From Candidatus Micrarchaeaceae archaeon (GTDB taxonomy: Archaea; Micrarchaeota; Micrarchaeia; Micrarchaeales; Micrarchaeaceae): a DNA stretch of 64,000 nt. Where the stretch lies: NCBI GenBank assembly GCA_027310755.1, contig DAIDAE010000001.1, positions 23,103 to 87,102 on the forward strand, read 5' to 3'. The notes beneath the pieces are model-generated. The model made no database searches, was not told the origin of the DNA, and saw only the letters and a program-made list of their open reading frames with translations. The translations under genes were made by a program, and so were the position numbers. This document shows, piece after piece, positions 36,490-46,337 of this stretch (positions within the stretch are counted from its first letter, which is position 1; each line of letters opens with the position of its first letter).

Positions 36490-37929
36490 ATGGGTGTGGA
36501 TATGGGTGGAACAAAACAACAAGGGCGAGCGGAGCGGAGGCCCGGACCCGAAGAGGTTCTCCAGCTGCTAAGGGACGGGAAAGTTAAATGGGTAGATCTG
36601 CAATTCACGAGTGTGACCGGAAAACTGCACCACGTCCCGCTCGCGGCAGACCAATTTGACGAAAAGTCGTTCAAGGACGGATTCCCAAAGCTTGACGGGA
36701 GCAGCATAAGAGGTTTTGGGGTAATAGAAGAGAGCGATTTCAGGCTAAGGCCGGTGCCAGAGACCGCAGTCCAGACGCCGTGGGGCACCACCATGATGCT
36801 GTCAGAAGTGCACGAGGGCGGCGGAAGGGGCAGATTTGAAAGGGACCCGAGACATATCGCGGAACGTACGGAAGCCTACATGAGAGAGATAGGGTTCAAG
36901 TGCTATTTCGGACCTGAACTGGAATTTTTTGTAGTGAAAAAGGTGGATGGCGACTTTGCAATACCAGAGCGTGGGACTGGGTTCCAGATACATACCGACG
37001 AGGCTCCGTGGGACAGCACCGGCAGCAACATGATAGCCAGAAATGACGGATACTATACAGACAAGGCGGAAAGACTCAGGTTGCAGATAGCATCGACGCT
37101 CAAGGAGGTATTCCAGTTCCCGATTATAGCCACGCACCACGAGGTTGCGCTGGCGCAATGGGAGATAACCAGCGTATTCGGCGAACTCGTTGAAATGGCT
37201 GACAGGACGCAGACCATCAAATGGGTGGTAAAAAGGATCGCCGCGGAAAACGATATGGAGGCAAGGTTTATTCCAAAACTGATTTTCGGGCAAAATGCGA
37301 GCGGAATGCACGTCCATTTCAGCCTCTGGACTCCAAACGGAGAAACTAACCTGATGTTTCGGGCAGGAACGGAGGCCGAACTGAGCGAAACTGGAAGGTA
37401 CGCAATAGGCGGATTGCTCAAGCATGCAAAAGCGATCGCCGCGTTTTCAAATCCAACAACCAACAGCTACCGTAGGCTGATTCCAGGTTTCGAAGCTCCG
37501 GTAAACATAGCCTGGGGGCAGGCCAACAGGAGCGCAGTTGTGAGAATACCCGGATATGAAGGGGACGGCAACCCCGCGGCAAAAAGGCTGGAATTCAGGC
37601 AGCCGGATCCTTCTGCAAATCCCTATTTATTGTTCTCGGCCATGGCCCTTGCGGCCGCAGACGGGATAAAAAACAAGATCGATCCGGGCCCGGCAGTCAA
37701 CAGCGACATATACCACATGACCCCGGAGCAAAAGAAGGCACTCAACATAAGCGGCTTGCCAGGCAGCCTTTCCGAAGCGCTCGATGCGCTAGAAAGCGAC
37801 CATGATTTCCTCAAGCCGGCATTTCCAGCATCTCTTCTCAGGACATACATAGACATGAAAAGGGAGGAGATACAAAAACTGCAGGGGTATCCGCATCCGA
37901 TTGAGATTTATCATTATTCGGATGTTTGA
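36490..37929 (+). CDS. glnA: Glutamine synthetase, type I
   Basis: VKWVDLQFTSVTGKLHHV (beta-grasp), FGPELEFF, HHEVA..QWE, SGMHVHFS, NSYRRL, RLEFRQPD. The track start at 36391 lies inside the IS right end, so I chose ATG 36490. Confidence 0.92.
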   Translation: MGVDMGGTKQQGRAERRPGPEEVLQLLRDGKVKWVDLQFTSVTGKLHHVPLAADQFDEKSFKDGFPKLDGSSIRGFGVIEESDFRLRPVPETAVQTPWGTTMMLSEVHEGGGRGRFERDPRHIAERTEAYMREIGFKCYFGPELEFFVVKKVDGDFAIPERGTGFQIHTDEAPWDSTGSNMIARNDGYYTDKAERLRLQIASTLKEVFQFPIIATHHEVALAQWEITSVFGELVEMADRTQTIKWVVKRIAAENDMEARFIPKLIFGQNASGMHVHFSLWTPNGETNLMFRAGTEAELSETGRYAIGGLLKHAKAIAAFSNPTTNSYRRLIPGFEAPVNIAWGQANRSAVVRIPGYEGDGNPAAKRLEFRQPDPSANPYLLFSAMALAAADGIKNKIDPGPAVNSDIYHMTPEQKKALNISGLPGSLSEALDALESDHDFLKPAFPASLLRTYIDMKREEIQKLQGYPHPIEIYHYSDV

Positions 37930-39027
37930 TTATCTGTCGGTTTCCCCAAAAATAATGTCAAGGCTTCCGAAAACGGCAAATATATCCGCGAATTTCGCCC
38001 CCTCGAGCAGTTTTGGTAGCACGGCCAAATTGACAAAACCGGGAGCCCTTATCGAGAGCCTGTATGGCTTCTGCTTGTCAGGCACCATATATATGATTCC
38101 CTCTCCCTTTGGAAGCTCCCTCCTCACTATCACCACATCCGGCTTCGCAGCCGGACCTATAAGCTTTATTGGAGCCCCAACCACGTCCCCCTTTTCCGGC
38201 ATCATGTCCAGTGCCTGCCTTATTATCCTGATGCTTTGGAATATCTCCTCGTACCTTATCCTATACCTGGCATAGCAGTCGCCGAGCGCCTTTGTCGGAA
38301 CGCTGAAGTCGAGCCTGTCATAAACATAATACGGCGCCGATTTGCGCACGTCCTCCTCTATCCCAGACGCCCGCAGGACGGGCCCCGCCACTCCGTAATC
38401 TATCGCATCCCTTCTTTTCAGTACACCAACACCCTTCAGCCTCTCCATGAATATGCCGTTTGAGTCGAGCACATCCTCGTACTCCGCCACCTTTCCCTCA
38501 ATATAATCGATGAGCGCATGCGTCCTGTCGCGGAAATCCGGCGGAAGCTGCCTGTTGAGGCCCCCGAGCCTCATGTTCACATAAAACATCCTGCCTCCGG
38601 TAACATCCTCGAGCAGCTTCAGCACCTCGGCCCTTTCCCTAAAGCACCACATGAACACCGTGAACATCTGCCCTATGTCGTTGCATAGCGTTCCTATCCA
38701 GAGAAGATGGTTTGCTATCCTTTGCAATTCAAGGAGTATGACCCTCGCATACTGCGCGGCCTCCTTCACCTCTATGCCCATGGCCTCCTCAACCGAAGCC
38801 ACATAGATTTCGTCCCAGCTCATAGGACTTATGTAGTCCAGCTTCTCGAAATAGGACGGGTTTTGCATGTACATCCTGGTCTCGCAGAGCTTCTCCACCC
38901 CCCTATGCAGGAAACCGATGTGGGTCTCCACGTTTTTTATCGTGTCGCCGTCGACATCCACCACCAGCCTCAGCACTCCGTGCGTGCTTGGGTGTATGGG
39001 TCCGACATTGATCCTCATAATCGCCAT
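37930..39027 (-). CDS. nuoD: NADH-quinone oxidoreductase subunit D
   Basis: NVGPIHPSTHGVLRL, HIGFLHRGVEK, C-terminal IIFGETDR. Confidence 0.9.
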   Translation of the reverse strand: MAIMRINVGPIHPSTHGVLRLVVDVDGDTIKNVETHIGFLHRGVEKLCETRMYMQNPSYFEKLDYISPMSWDEIYVASVEEAMGIEVKEAAQYARVILLELQRIANHLLWIGTLCNDIGQMFTVFMWCFRERAEVLKLLEDVTGGRMFYVNMRLGGLNRQLPPDFRDRTHALIDYIEGKVAEYEDVLDSNGIFMERLKGVGVLKRRDAIDYGVAGPVLRASGIEEDVRKSAPYYVYDRLDFSVPTKALGDCYARYRIRYEEIFQSIRIIRQALDMMPEKGDVVGAPIKLIGPAAKPDVVIVRRELPKGEGIIYMVPDKQKPYRLSIRAPGFVNLAVLPKLLEGAKFADIFAVFGSLDIIFGETDR

Positions 39028-39416
39028 CAGCTCCCCCCCGTTTTCCTATAGTCTTTGCCCCACGCAAAGCTTTTCCTGAGCGGCGGGTCGATCCCGTTCC
39101 ATTCCTCCAGCAGAAGGCGCGGCGCATCCCTCCCGATTATTTTTATGCCGAACATCTCTGACAATTCCCTTTCATACCAGTCTGCGGCCTTGAAGACATG
39201 GATTACGGTGTCTATCCCTGGATCCTGTGCATCAAGCCTCACCTTGACTATCTCTTCCTTCCTGGCCGAAAGGTTGTATATGATGTATATTACCTCCAAG
39301 TATTGAATGTAGTCGACGGCTGTTATCTTCTTCAGATAATCAAAGCCGTTCGCTTTCATTTCTTCTAGCTGTCTCACTAAGGTTTCTTTCGGTATTTCCA
39401 GCAATTTTGCCACCAA
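39027..39416 (-). CDS. nuoC: NADH-quinone oxidoreductase subunit C (short form)
   Basis: ITAVDY, ADWYERELSEMFGI. The TTG start at 39416 would overlap nuoB by 77 nt; an ATG at 39359 would overlap by 20 nt. The start is uncertain. Confidence 0.75.
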   Translation of the reverse strand: MVAKLLEIPKETLVRQLEEMKANGFDYLKKITAVDYIQYLEVIYIIYNLSARKEEIVKVRLDAQDPGIDTVIHVFKAADWYERELSEMFGIKIIGRDAPRLLLEEWNGIDPPLRKSFAWGKDYRKTGGS

Positions 39417-40008
39417 CTTTCTGTTGCAGTTTCATCAGGGCGGAAAAAAGGTTTTCCGGCCTGGGAGGACATCCCGCAACGTAAATGTCAACGGGCAGTA
39501 CCTGGTCTATGCCCTTCACTATGTTGTAACTTTCCCACCACGGCCCGCCGCAGGTCGCGCATTCCCCGAAGGCGACCACGTAACGCGGCTCAGCCATCTG
39601 CTCATAAAGCCTTTTTATCCTAGGTACGACGGACTTCGTCACCCATCCTGCGACTATCATCACATCGCATTGTCTTGGCGTCCCCCTGAAAAGCAGGTAC
39701 CCCTTTCTTTCCGCGTCTATCCTGGAAGCTCCGAAGTCCATGAGCTCTATTGCGCAGCATGCGAGCCCGAACTGGAGCGGCCAGAGCGAATTGCTCCGGC
39801 CCCACGTGATGAGGGGCTTGCTCATCATCTTTGAAACGTCGCTCAGCTTTGTGAACATTGCATTCACCGAGCGCTTCTGTCCCTTGTATCCTGCCAGTGA
39901 TTCCTCCACGAGCGCGGTCATTTTCTGCTCCGCGTTCATAAATCTCTCTGGAGTGTACGGCGCCCCCGTCTCCGCGTCCACAGCCTGCGCTTCAGCCATC
40001 CCTATCAC
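39340..40008 (-). CDS. nuoB: NADH-quinone oxidoreductase subunit B
   Basis: Fe-S ligands in GLACCAIE, GECATCGG, GCPPRPE. Confidence 0.88.
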   Translation of the reverse strand: MIGMAEAQAVDAETGAPYTPERFMNAEQKMTALVEESLAGYKGQKRSVNAMFTKLSDVSKMMSKPLITWGRSNSLWPLQFGLACCAIELMDFGASRIDAERKGYLLFRGTPRQCDVMIVAGWVTKSVVPRIKRLYEQMAEPRYVVAFGECATCGGPWWESYNIVKGIDQVLPVDIYVAGCPPRPENLFSALMKLQQKVGGKIAGNTERNLSETARRNESERL

Positions 40009-40357
40009 TTATAAATTTATATCCGAGCATAGCCAAAGCCATAGAGATTATCGCCAGCCCTATTATTGCTATATTTGTTGTCAGGTCCAGCTGCCTGGCG
40101 GATATGGACCACAGCACCACGACCATTGCCATTATCTCGAACGGGAGAAATATCGCGAAGAAAGCAAGATATTCGGTGGCGATGTCCCTCGCGCTGCCTA
40201 TCGGCTGCTCCGCGCTCTCATACGACGTGTTTTTTACCCTGTTTCCCCTGGATTTTTGCCTCAGCATTTTTGAAGTCAGAAGAAAGGATATTGGGACGAA
40301 GAGGGCAAATAGCACAAAGAACGCAAGGGCTATGTAATTATAGTATGTGACGTCCAT
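39992..40357 (-). CDS. nuoA: NADH-quinone oxidoreductase subunit A
   Basis: 121 aa, 3 TM, YESAEQP (the YECG-like loop), first gene of the nuoABCD order. Confidence 0.8.
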   Translation of the reverse strand: MDVTYYNYIALAFFVLFALFVPISFLLTSKMLRQKSRGNRVKNTSYESAEQPIGSARDIATEYLAFFAIFLPFEIMAMVVVLWSISARQLDLTTNIAIIGLAIISMALAMLGYKFISDRDG

Positions 40358-40426
40358 TGTTTAGCAATGGTAGCTCATCTTTTTAGTTTTTAGCTCAATT
40401 TGTTATTAAAATCAGGGAAGACCAGC

Positions 40427-41218
40427 ATGCCGTTCATAACCTATTCCCCCATGGATACAGTCTCTGCGAGCATAGCCTATTCTTTGAAGGAGCTTGTAAA
40501 ATTCGAGGAAGCGGAAAACGTTGGGGGCATGAAGCATTTTAGGCACGGCGGAGTCGACCTTCTCGAACTCAATACCATCCATCTAAATGCGGATTTCCTT
40601 GACGAGTACCTAAAAACTGATGTCATAATTTTTCTGAGCAGGCACGGGAGCATAAAGAACATCCCCGCGTTGACTGTGCATCCCGAGGGGAACTGGAGCA
40701 ACGAGGCAAAACTCGGCGGCAAGCCAAACGAGCTCAGCGTTTCATCCCCTATGTACATGGCAAGAATCCTCAATGCGATGGAGAGGAACAACAAGAGCGG
40801 TGTCCCTGTCACCTATGAGGCCACCCACCACGGCCCTCTTCTCAAAATCCCCTCGCTCTATGCCGAGATAGGCGGCACGGATGCGATAAGGAACAGCAAG
40901 GAGTTCGCCAGTCTCCTTGCAAGATCCGTATTCGAGTCGCTCAATGACGATGTCAGCTATGACAAGGTTGCCGTAGGCCTCGGGGGCCTGCACTACTCTG
41001 ACAGGTTCGCAAGACTCACCATAAGCGGCAAGTACATATTTTCGCACATAATGCCGCGCCATCACATACAGAATATAAGCATGATTTCCCAGGCAATAGA
41101 GAGGTCTGTGCCAAGGGCTGAAATCGGACTGATAGACTGGAAGAGCCTGAGGGCGGAGGAAAGGGCAAACGTTACCGGGAAGCTTGAGGAGCTGGGATTG
41201 GACTATGAAAAGATCTGA
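40427..41218 (+). CDS. dtdA: D-aminoacyl-tRNA deacylase, archaeal DTD2 type
   Basis: About 264 aa. FLSRHGS, LTVHPEGNW, YEATHHGP. This is the DTD2/GEK1 family pattern. ATG at 40427. Confidence 0.8.
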   Translation: MPFITYSPMDTVSASIAYSLKELVKFEEAENVGGMKHFRHGGVDLLELNTIHLNADFLDEYLKTDVIIFLSRHGSIKNIPALTVHPEGNWSNEAKLGGKPNELSVSSPMYMARILNAMERNNKSGVPVTYEATHHGPLLKIPSLYAEIGGTDAIRNSKEFASLLARSVFESLNDDVSYDKVAVGLGGLHYSDRFARLTISGKYIFSHIMPRHHIQNISMISQAIERSVPRAEIGLIDWKSLRAEERANVTGKLEELGLDYEKI

Positions 41219-43232
41219 AATGACAATTATGGTGATTTCCCTTATATTGCTAGCCGGCGCCGCGCAGGCGCAGTACTGGTTCCAGTCCGGAGCCACGGGC
41301 GGCTTCAATTCGCAAAACAACAACGGCGGAGGGGTCCTGATACAGACCATAAACCCGCAGCAGGATTCGATAGGATCTCTTGCGTACTGGGTCGGTGAGA
41401 CTCTTTCCAACGGCGCGTTCATACAGATCGGCTACGAGGTGCCGAACCAGACCGGCTACGCTCCCCAGTACTGCGGTCCGTCCGGCTGCAACGGCAGCGT
41501 TTTCTACCAGCAGGGAGTGCCGACATGGTTCTGGGAATATTTTACCCAGAATGGAAACCAAAATAGTTTTTACGGTGAACTGGGCCCGGATGGCTCAGCC
41601 GGCGCAAACGGAACATTCCACAGCTATTCGTTCAATTCGAGCGGTGACACATGGAATTTCTGGTTTGACGGCCAGAACGTCGGCAACATAAATCTCGGCA
41701 CAGGCGCATCAGGACCAAATCCGCTGCTCGCGATAGGGGAATATGCGGATACGAACTCAAACAGCAACTTAATGCCAGACATAATCTTCAAGAACATGCA
41801 GGCGTACAATGGCAAATATTACCGGCCAGTATCGCAGGCGTATTCATTTGTCAACTACGGCAAGGGTAGTTTACAGTCATTGTCAAATCCGTATGGCGTC
41901 CAGGAAATTGACAACCTTGTTAATGATTTTATGGTTGGTTCAGGCCTTCAAACAGGATCCAACCTGCTGCTCTGGAGCCAGGGTTTCAAGCTAAATATAG
42001 AATCAAGCTACGGCACCAATGGCACCGCAAGCTATCTCGCTTACACACAGGTCCAGTTGAGGATGCCAGAGTATGTAAACATTTCAAGCGACGAAAGGGT
42101 GAAGTTTGCCGGATGGCAGGGATCCGGCAGCGGTGCGTACACCGGCCCATCCAACGCCACCTCTGTCTACATGGGCAGCAATATAACTGAGAAGGCGGAG
42201 TGGACCACGCAATATTATGTAAACGTGAGTTCACAATATGGCATAGTCACTGGAGGAGGCTGGGAGGACATGAACAGCAAGGCGACCGTCTCCCTGAATA
42301 GCAATATAATAGGCGTTGCCGCTGGGGAAAGGGCGGTGTTGAGCGGCTGGAGCAACGGAGAGAAGCAAAAAAATATAAGTTTCCAGGTCTACGGCCCAGT
42401 CTCGGTAACCGCGGACTGGATTATACAGTACATTGTCAACGCCACAACTTCATACGGTTCGATAAATGGGAACGGCTGGTACGATTCAAATTCCACCGCC
42501 ACCATATCCCCGACGATTCTTACCGTCAATGCGACCCGGACGCAGAGGATCGAATTCGAAGGATGGAGCGACGGGGTCAATCAGAGCACAAGGCAGATCA
42601 CCGTCACCTCGCCGGTCTTCATCAGCGCAATATACGCAAGGCAGTACCTCGTAACACTTTCCCCGGTGGATGCTTACAACAGGTCGATAGGCATCAGCTA
42701 TTTCAATGTGGATGGGAACAATACCAACACCGGATTTTTCGCCTTCCAGGATAGGACATACACGATTGAGTATGCATATTACAAGAGCGTGGAACTCTCC
42801 TCCGGGATGAAGATTGCTGACGTTGCGTACCCGCAGACAGTGGCCGTCCGGCTTCCCGTGTACAACGTAACCGTGCAGGCGGTGGGGATATTTGACATAC
42901 CGCTGAACGCCACGCTCAATGTCACGTTCAAGAACAATACGCACATCACCACATACCTCGGCCCTGCCGGCAAACTCATAATTCCGGATGTCCCGTATGG
43001 CTATGCCTACGGCTACGACGATTTCCTGGGCGAGAGGCAGGGCGTGAGCCTCTCGAATGGCGGCGTGGCGCAGTCATCATTTGTAACGCCGTCAATAGTC
43101 GGCGCCATCTTTGTGGCCCTAATATTAATATTCCTGATCGAGGTATTATATTTCAGGGAAAAAGAGAAACCGATACACATAATCAGGCAGGCAAGAACGG
43201 ACAGGCCAGGCAAGAAAACCAAAAAGTGGTAG
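41205..43232 (+). CDS. Large surface glycoprotein with InlB-B-repeat-like modules and a C-terminal TM anchor
   Basis: Signal MTIMVISLILLAGAAQAQ. Three ~75-aa modules are marked by FAGWQGSG, LSGWSNGE and FEGWSDGV, each followed by QYxVxV strands. Many N-x-S/T sequons. C-terminal IVGAIFVALILIFLIEVLYF plus a basic tail. Confidence 0.75.
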   Translation: MKRSEMTIMVISLILLAGAAQAQYWFQSGATGGFNSQNNNGGGVLIQTINPQQDSIGSLAYWVGETLSNGAFIQIGYEVPNQTGYAPQYCGPSGCNGSVFYQQGVPTWFWEYFTQNGNQNSFYGELGPDGSAGANGTFHSYSFNSSGDTWNFWFDGQNVGNINLGTGASGPNPLLAIGEYADTNSNSNLMPDIIFKNMQAYNGKYYRPVSQAYSFVNYGKGSLQSLSNPYGVQEIDNLVNDFMVGSGLQTGSNLLLWSQGFKLNIESSYGTNGTASYLAYTQVQLRMPEYVNISSDERVKFAGWQGSGSGAYTGPSNATSVYMGSNITEKAEWTTQYYVNVSSQYGIVTGGGWEDMNSKATVSLNSNIIGVAAGERAVLSGWSNGEKQKNISFQVYGPVSVTADWIIQYIVNATTSYGSINGNGWYDSNSTATISPTILTVNATRTQRIEFEGWSDGVNQSTRQITVTSPVFISAIYARQYLVTLSPVDAYNRSIGISYFNVDGNNTNTGFFAFQDRTYTIEYAYYKSVELSSGMKIADVAYPQTVAVRLPVYNVTVQAVGIFDIPLNATLNVTFKNNTHITTYLGPAGKLIIPDVPYGYAYGYDDFLGERQGVSLSNGGVAQSSFVTPSIVGAIFVALILIFLIEVLYFREKEKPIHIIRQARTDRPGKKTKKW

Positions 43233-45991
43233 AAATTCCAAGCGCAAGAGCATACGAATTATTTCTAAAGCAGTACGGGAGCTACACCGAAATTCAGAAG
43301 AAGGCAATGCCAATAATCGCGAGCGGCGACAATTGCGTCATAGTCGCCCCGACAGGTGCAGGCAAGACAGAAGCAGCGGTAATCCCGATACTTGACAGGC
43401 TCATCGGTAGCGACGGCGCGGGCGTAAAACTAGTGTACATAACCCCGCTCCGCGCACTGAACAGGGACATGATAAGGAGGCTGGAGAGCACGTGCAGGGA
43501 GCTCGGCATCACAATAGCTGTGAGGCACGGCGACACCACCCAGAGCGAAAGGGGCAGGCAGGCGAGAAAGGCGCCAATGGTCCTCATAACAACCCCGGAA
43601 ACACTCCAAAGCATACTCCCCACAAAGACAATCGGGCTCGCGCTGAAGAACGTAAAGGCCGTGGTGATCGATGAGATACACGAGCTATACTATAACAAAA
43701 GGGGAGCGCAGCTTTCAATTGCGCTGGAAAGGCTCGAGGAGATCGCGCCCGGCTATCAAAGAATAGGCATCAGCGCCACCGTTGGCGACCCGGATCTTGT
43801 CAAGGAGTTTCTTGTTTCAGAGAGAAGCTGCAAGACCGCAATCGTGGACAACGTGAAACAGATGGAGCTGAGCGTCGAGCTCCCCGGCGCGTACGAAAGG
43901 GAGCTCTTGCCCATGATAGACAAGTTCGGACTCGATAACGACGCCCTAAGCAGGCTCAGCGACATAGTGGGGCATATCAGGGAGTCAAAGTCCACAATAA
44001 TATTTGGAAACACCCGGCAGATAGTCGAGGCGCTTGGCAGCAGGCTCCTCTATATAGACAGGGAGTACGGCTTCGGTGGCATAAGCGTGCACCACGGGTC
44101 GCTCGACAAGAAGGACAGGATGGAGGCCGAGGATGCGTTCAAGGCCGGCAAGCTCAAAAGCATAATAGCCACAAGCTCCCTCGAGCTGGGAATAGACATA
44201 GGCAGCGTCGATCTTGTCATACAATACGGCTCGCCCAGGCAGGCGCTCAGGCTGGTGCAAAGGATAGGCAGGAGCGGGCACTCTGAAAAGGCAACCTCAA
44301 AAGGGGCACTGATAACGATAAACGTTCTTGATGCCATGGAGTCTATAGCTGTGTGCAAGAACGCGCAGGAAAAAAAGATAGAGAGGTTCAGGCCGCACAT
44401 GAACGCGCTCGATGTCCTGGCGAACCAAATATGCGGCATGGCGCTCGACAAAAATGTGATTAAGATCGATGACGTGCTCAGGATAATAAGGAGGTCGTAT
44501 TGCTACAGGAATTTTGAGAAAGGGAAACTAATTGAGCTCCTGGAGTTCATGAACAAGCAAAGGATGGTGGGCTTCGACGGGCTCGGGGTCTACTCCGGCC
44601 AGTCCACCAGGATGTACTATTACCACCACCTCAGCGTAATCCCCGATTCCAAAAGATATATGGTCAGGAACATAGCCGACAACAGGGTGATATCAAGCCT
44701 CGATGAGGGGTTCGTTGCAAGCAACATAGATGAAAACGCCATATTCATAACAAAGGGCCTCCCGTGGAAGGTGATCAGCATAGACGAGAACGTCATAACC
44801 GTTGAGCCCAGCTCGAACCTTGAGGCCGCGATACCCGACTGGAGCGGAGAGGACATCCCGGTGAGCCAGGCGGTGTCCGGCGCCGTCTTTGACCTGATGA
44901 ACGGGGTCATGAACAATGAGTACATAAAATCGCACCTGGCGTCACAGATAAAGGATTTCATAGCGGAGCAGGGCAAGGTGGGCCTCCCGTCAAACGGCCA
45001 TCTCCTGATCGAAACCTCTGACGAATATCAGATAATACACACCGGCCTCGGAACCCTTGCTAACGAGGCGCTCTCAAGAATCCTCGCGTACAGGATATCA
45101 TCGAGGACTGGAAAGAGCATAAGCATGAAGTCGTCACCATACCTGATCTTCCTTGAGATGAGCGGAGAAATAAATCCTGAGAGCATGCTGATGGAGATGA
45201 GCGGGCTGGATCTGGACAAGCTGCTGATAAGCTCCATAGACGAGACAGAGATATTCAGATACAAGTTCATAACCGTGGCAAAGCTTTTTGGTATAATAGA
45301 GAAGGACGCCCCCATCTCCAGGTCCATAGCGAAAAGGGTGCTGAAATTCTTCAAGGACTCCCCGGTTTATGAGGAGACTACAAGAGAGATAACAAAGAAT
45401 TATTTTGACACCGCCACCCTAAGGAACTTTTTCGAGCATCTCGATTCCGGCAAGCTGAAGATAAGGCACATAAGGACAAAAACGCTTTCGCCCATATCAA
45501 AACTGGTGCTCAATTCCGCTTATTACACAAAAGAACTGATAATGCCCCTACTCCCCAATGACGTGCTTGTCGAGTCGTTCTCCAAGTTCCTCCTTTCAAA
45601 GAGCATAAAGATGCTTTGCACATACTGCGGCTTCAACTTCACGAGGAGACTGTCCGAGCTCAGGGACCAGAAGGAAATCGGGTGTCCGAGCTGCGCAAGC
45701 CCTATGATAACCCAATTCAGGGAGGAGTACAGGGACGTAATAAAGAAGAGGAGGGAAGGGAGGAGGCTGACAAAGCCGGAGCACGAGATGATGAGGGAGA
45801 TATTGAAGCAGGCCAGCATGTTCGACTCCTATGGCGGCAGGGCGGCAATAGCGCTGTCGACCTATGGAGTAGGTCCCACAAGCGCAGCAAGGATACTTAT
45901 GATGCTCAGGAGAGAGGAGAAGTTCTTCTTTGTGGATCTGATCGAGGCGCAGAAGCTCTTCATAAAGAACAAGAAGTACTGGTCCATCTGA
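43226..45991 (+). CDS. lhr: Lhr-like large DEAD/DEAH-box (SF2) helicase
   Basis: APTGAGKTE, VIDEIHE, SAT, QRIGRSGH, long DEAD-associated C-terminal region with Zn ribbon CTYCG...CPSC. 921 aa. GTG start overlaps the upstream stop. Confidence 0.85.
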   Translation: MVEIPSARAYELFLKQYGSYTEIQKKAMPIIASGDNCVIVAPTGAGKTEAAVIPILDRLIGSDGAGVKLVYITPLRALNRDMIRRLESTCRELGITIAVRHGDTTQSERGRQARKAPMVLITTPETLQSILPTKTIGLALKNVKAVVIDEIHELYYNKRGAQLSIALERLEEIAPGYQRIGISATVGDPDLVKEFLVSERSCKTAIVDNVKQMELSVELPGAYERELLPMIDKFGLDNDALSRLSDIVGHIRESKSTIIFGNTRQIVEALGSRLLYIDREYGFGGISVHHGSLDKKDRMEAEDAFKAGKLKSIIATSSLELGIDIGSVDLVIQYGSPRQALRLVQRIGRSGHSEKATSKGALITINVLDAMESIAVCKNAQEKKIERFRPHMNALDVLANQICGMALDKNVIKIDDVLRIIRRSYCYRNFEKGKLIELLEFMNKQRMVGFDGLGVYSGQSTRMYYYHHLSVIPDSKRYMVRNIADNRVISSLDEGFVASNIDENAIFITKGLPWKVISIDENVITVEPSSNLEAAIPDWSGEDIPVSQAVSGAVFDLMNGVMNNEYIKSHLASQIKDFIAEQGKVGLPSNGHLLIETSDEYQIIHTGLGTLANEALSRILAYRISSRTGKSISMKSSPYLIFLEMSGEINPESMLMEMSGLDLDKLLISSIDETEIFRYKFITVAKLFGIIEKDAPISRSIAKRVLKFFKDSPVYEETTREITKNYFDTATLRNFFEHLDSGKLKIRHIRTKTLSPISKLVLNSAYYTKELIMPLLPNDVLVESFSKFLLSKSIKMLCTYCGFNFTRRLSELRDQKEIGCPSCASPMITQFREEYRDVIKKRREGRRLTKPEHEMMREILKQASMFDSYGGRAAIALSTYGVGPTSAARILMMLRREEKFFFVDLIEAQKLFIKNKKYWSI

Positions 45992-46038
45992 TCCCTAGTT
46001 AGGTTTTTAAGTTTAGCAATCCCTTTAACAGCGATACT

Positions 46039-46287
46039 ATGGCAAATATAAGCGAACATGCAAAAGCAATTCATGCAAACATCATCGCGCAGCTGACCAC
46101 TCTGGTGACGATTGCGTTCGGCCTCATAGCCGCGCTCGCATGGAACACCGCAATACAGGGACTCTTTACGTCCGTTTTCGGCACCGCAAAGACCCTTGCG
46201 CCCATGTTCGCGTACGCGATATTGGTAACAATCATAGCCGTGGCGGTAACCTATTTTGTCTCCACCCTCGCAGGCAAAAAGGAATAA
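46039..46287 (+). CDS. Small 2-TM membrane protein
   Basis: 82-aa ORF with two hydrophobic helices. The family is uncertain. Confidence 0.55.
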   Translation: MANISEHAKAIHANIIAQLTTLVTIAFGLIAALAWNTAIQGLFTSVFGTAKTLAPMFAYAILVTIIAVAVTYFVSTLAGKKE

Positions 46288-46337
46288 TTGCGCAATGGCA
46301 TAATTTCACACAGCAACAATGACCGCAAGGCGAGATA

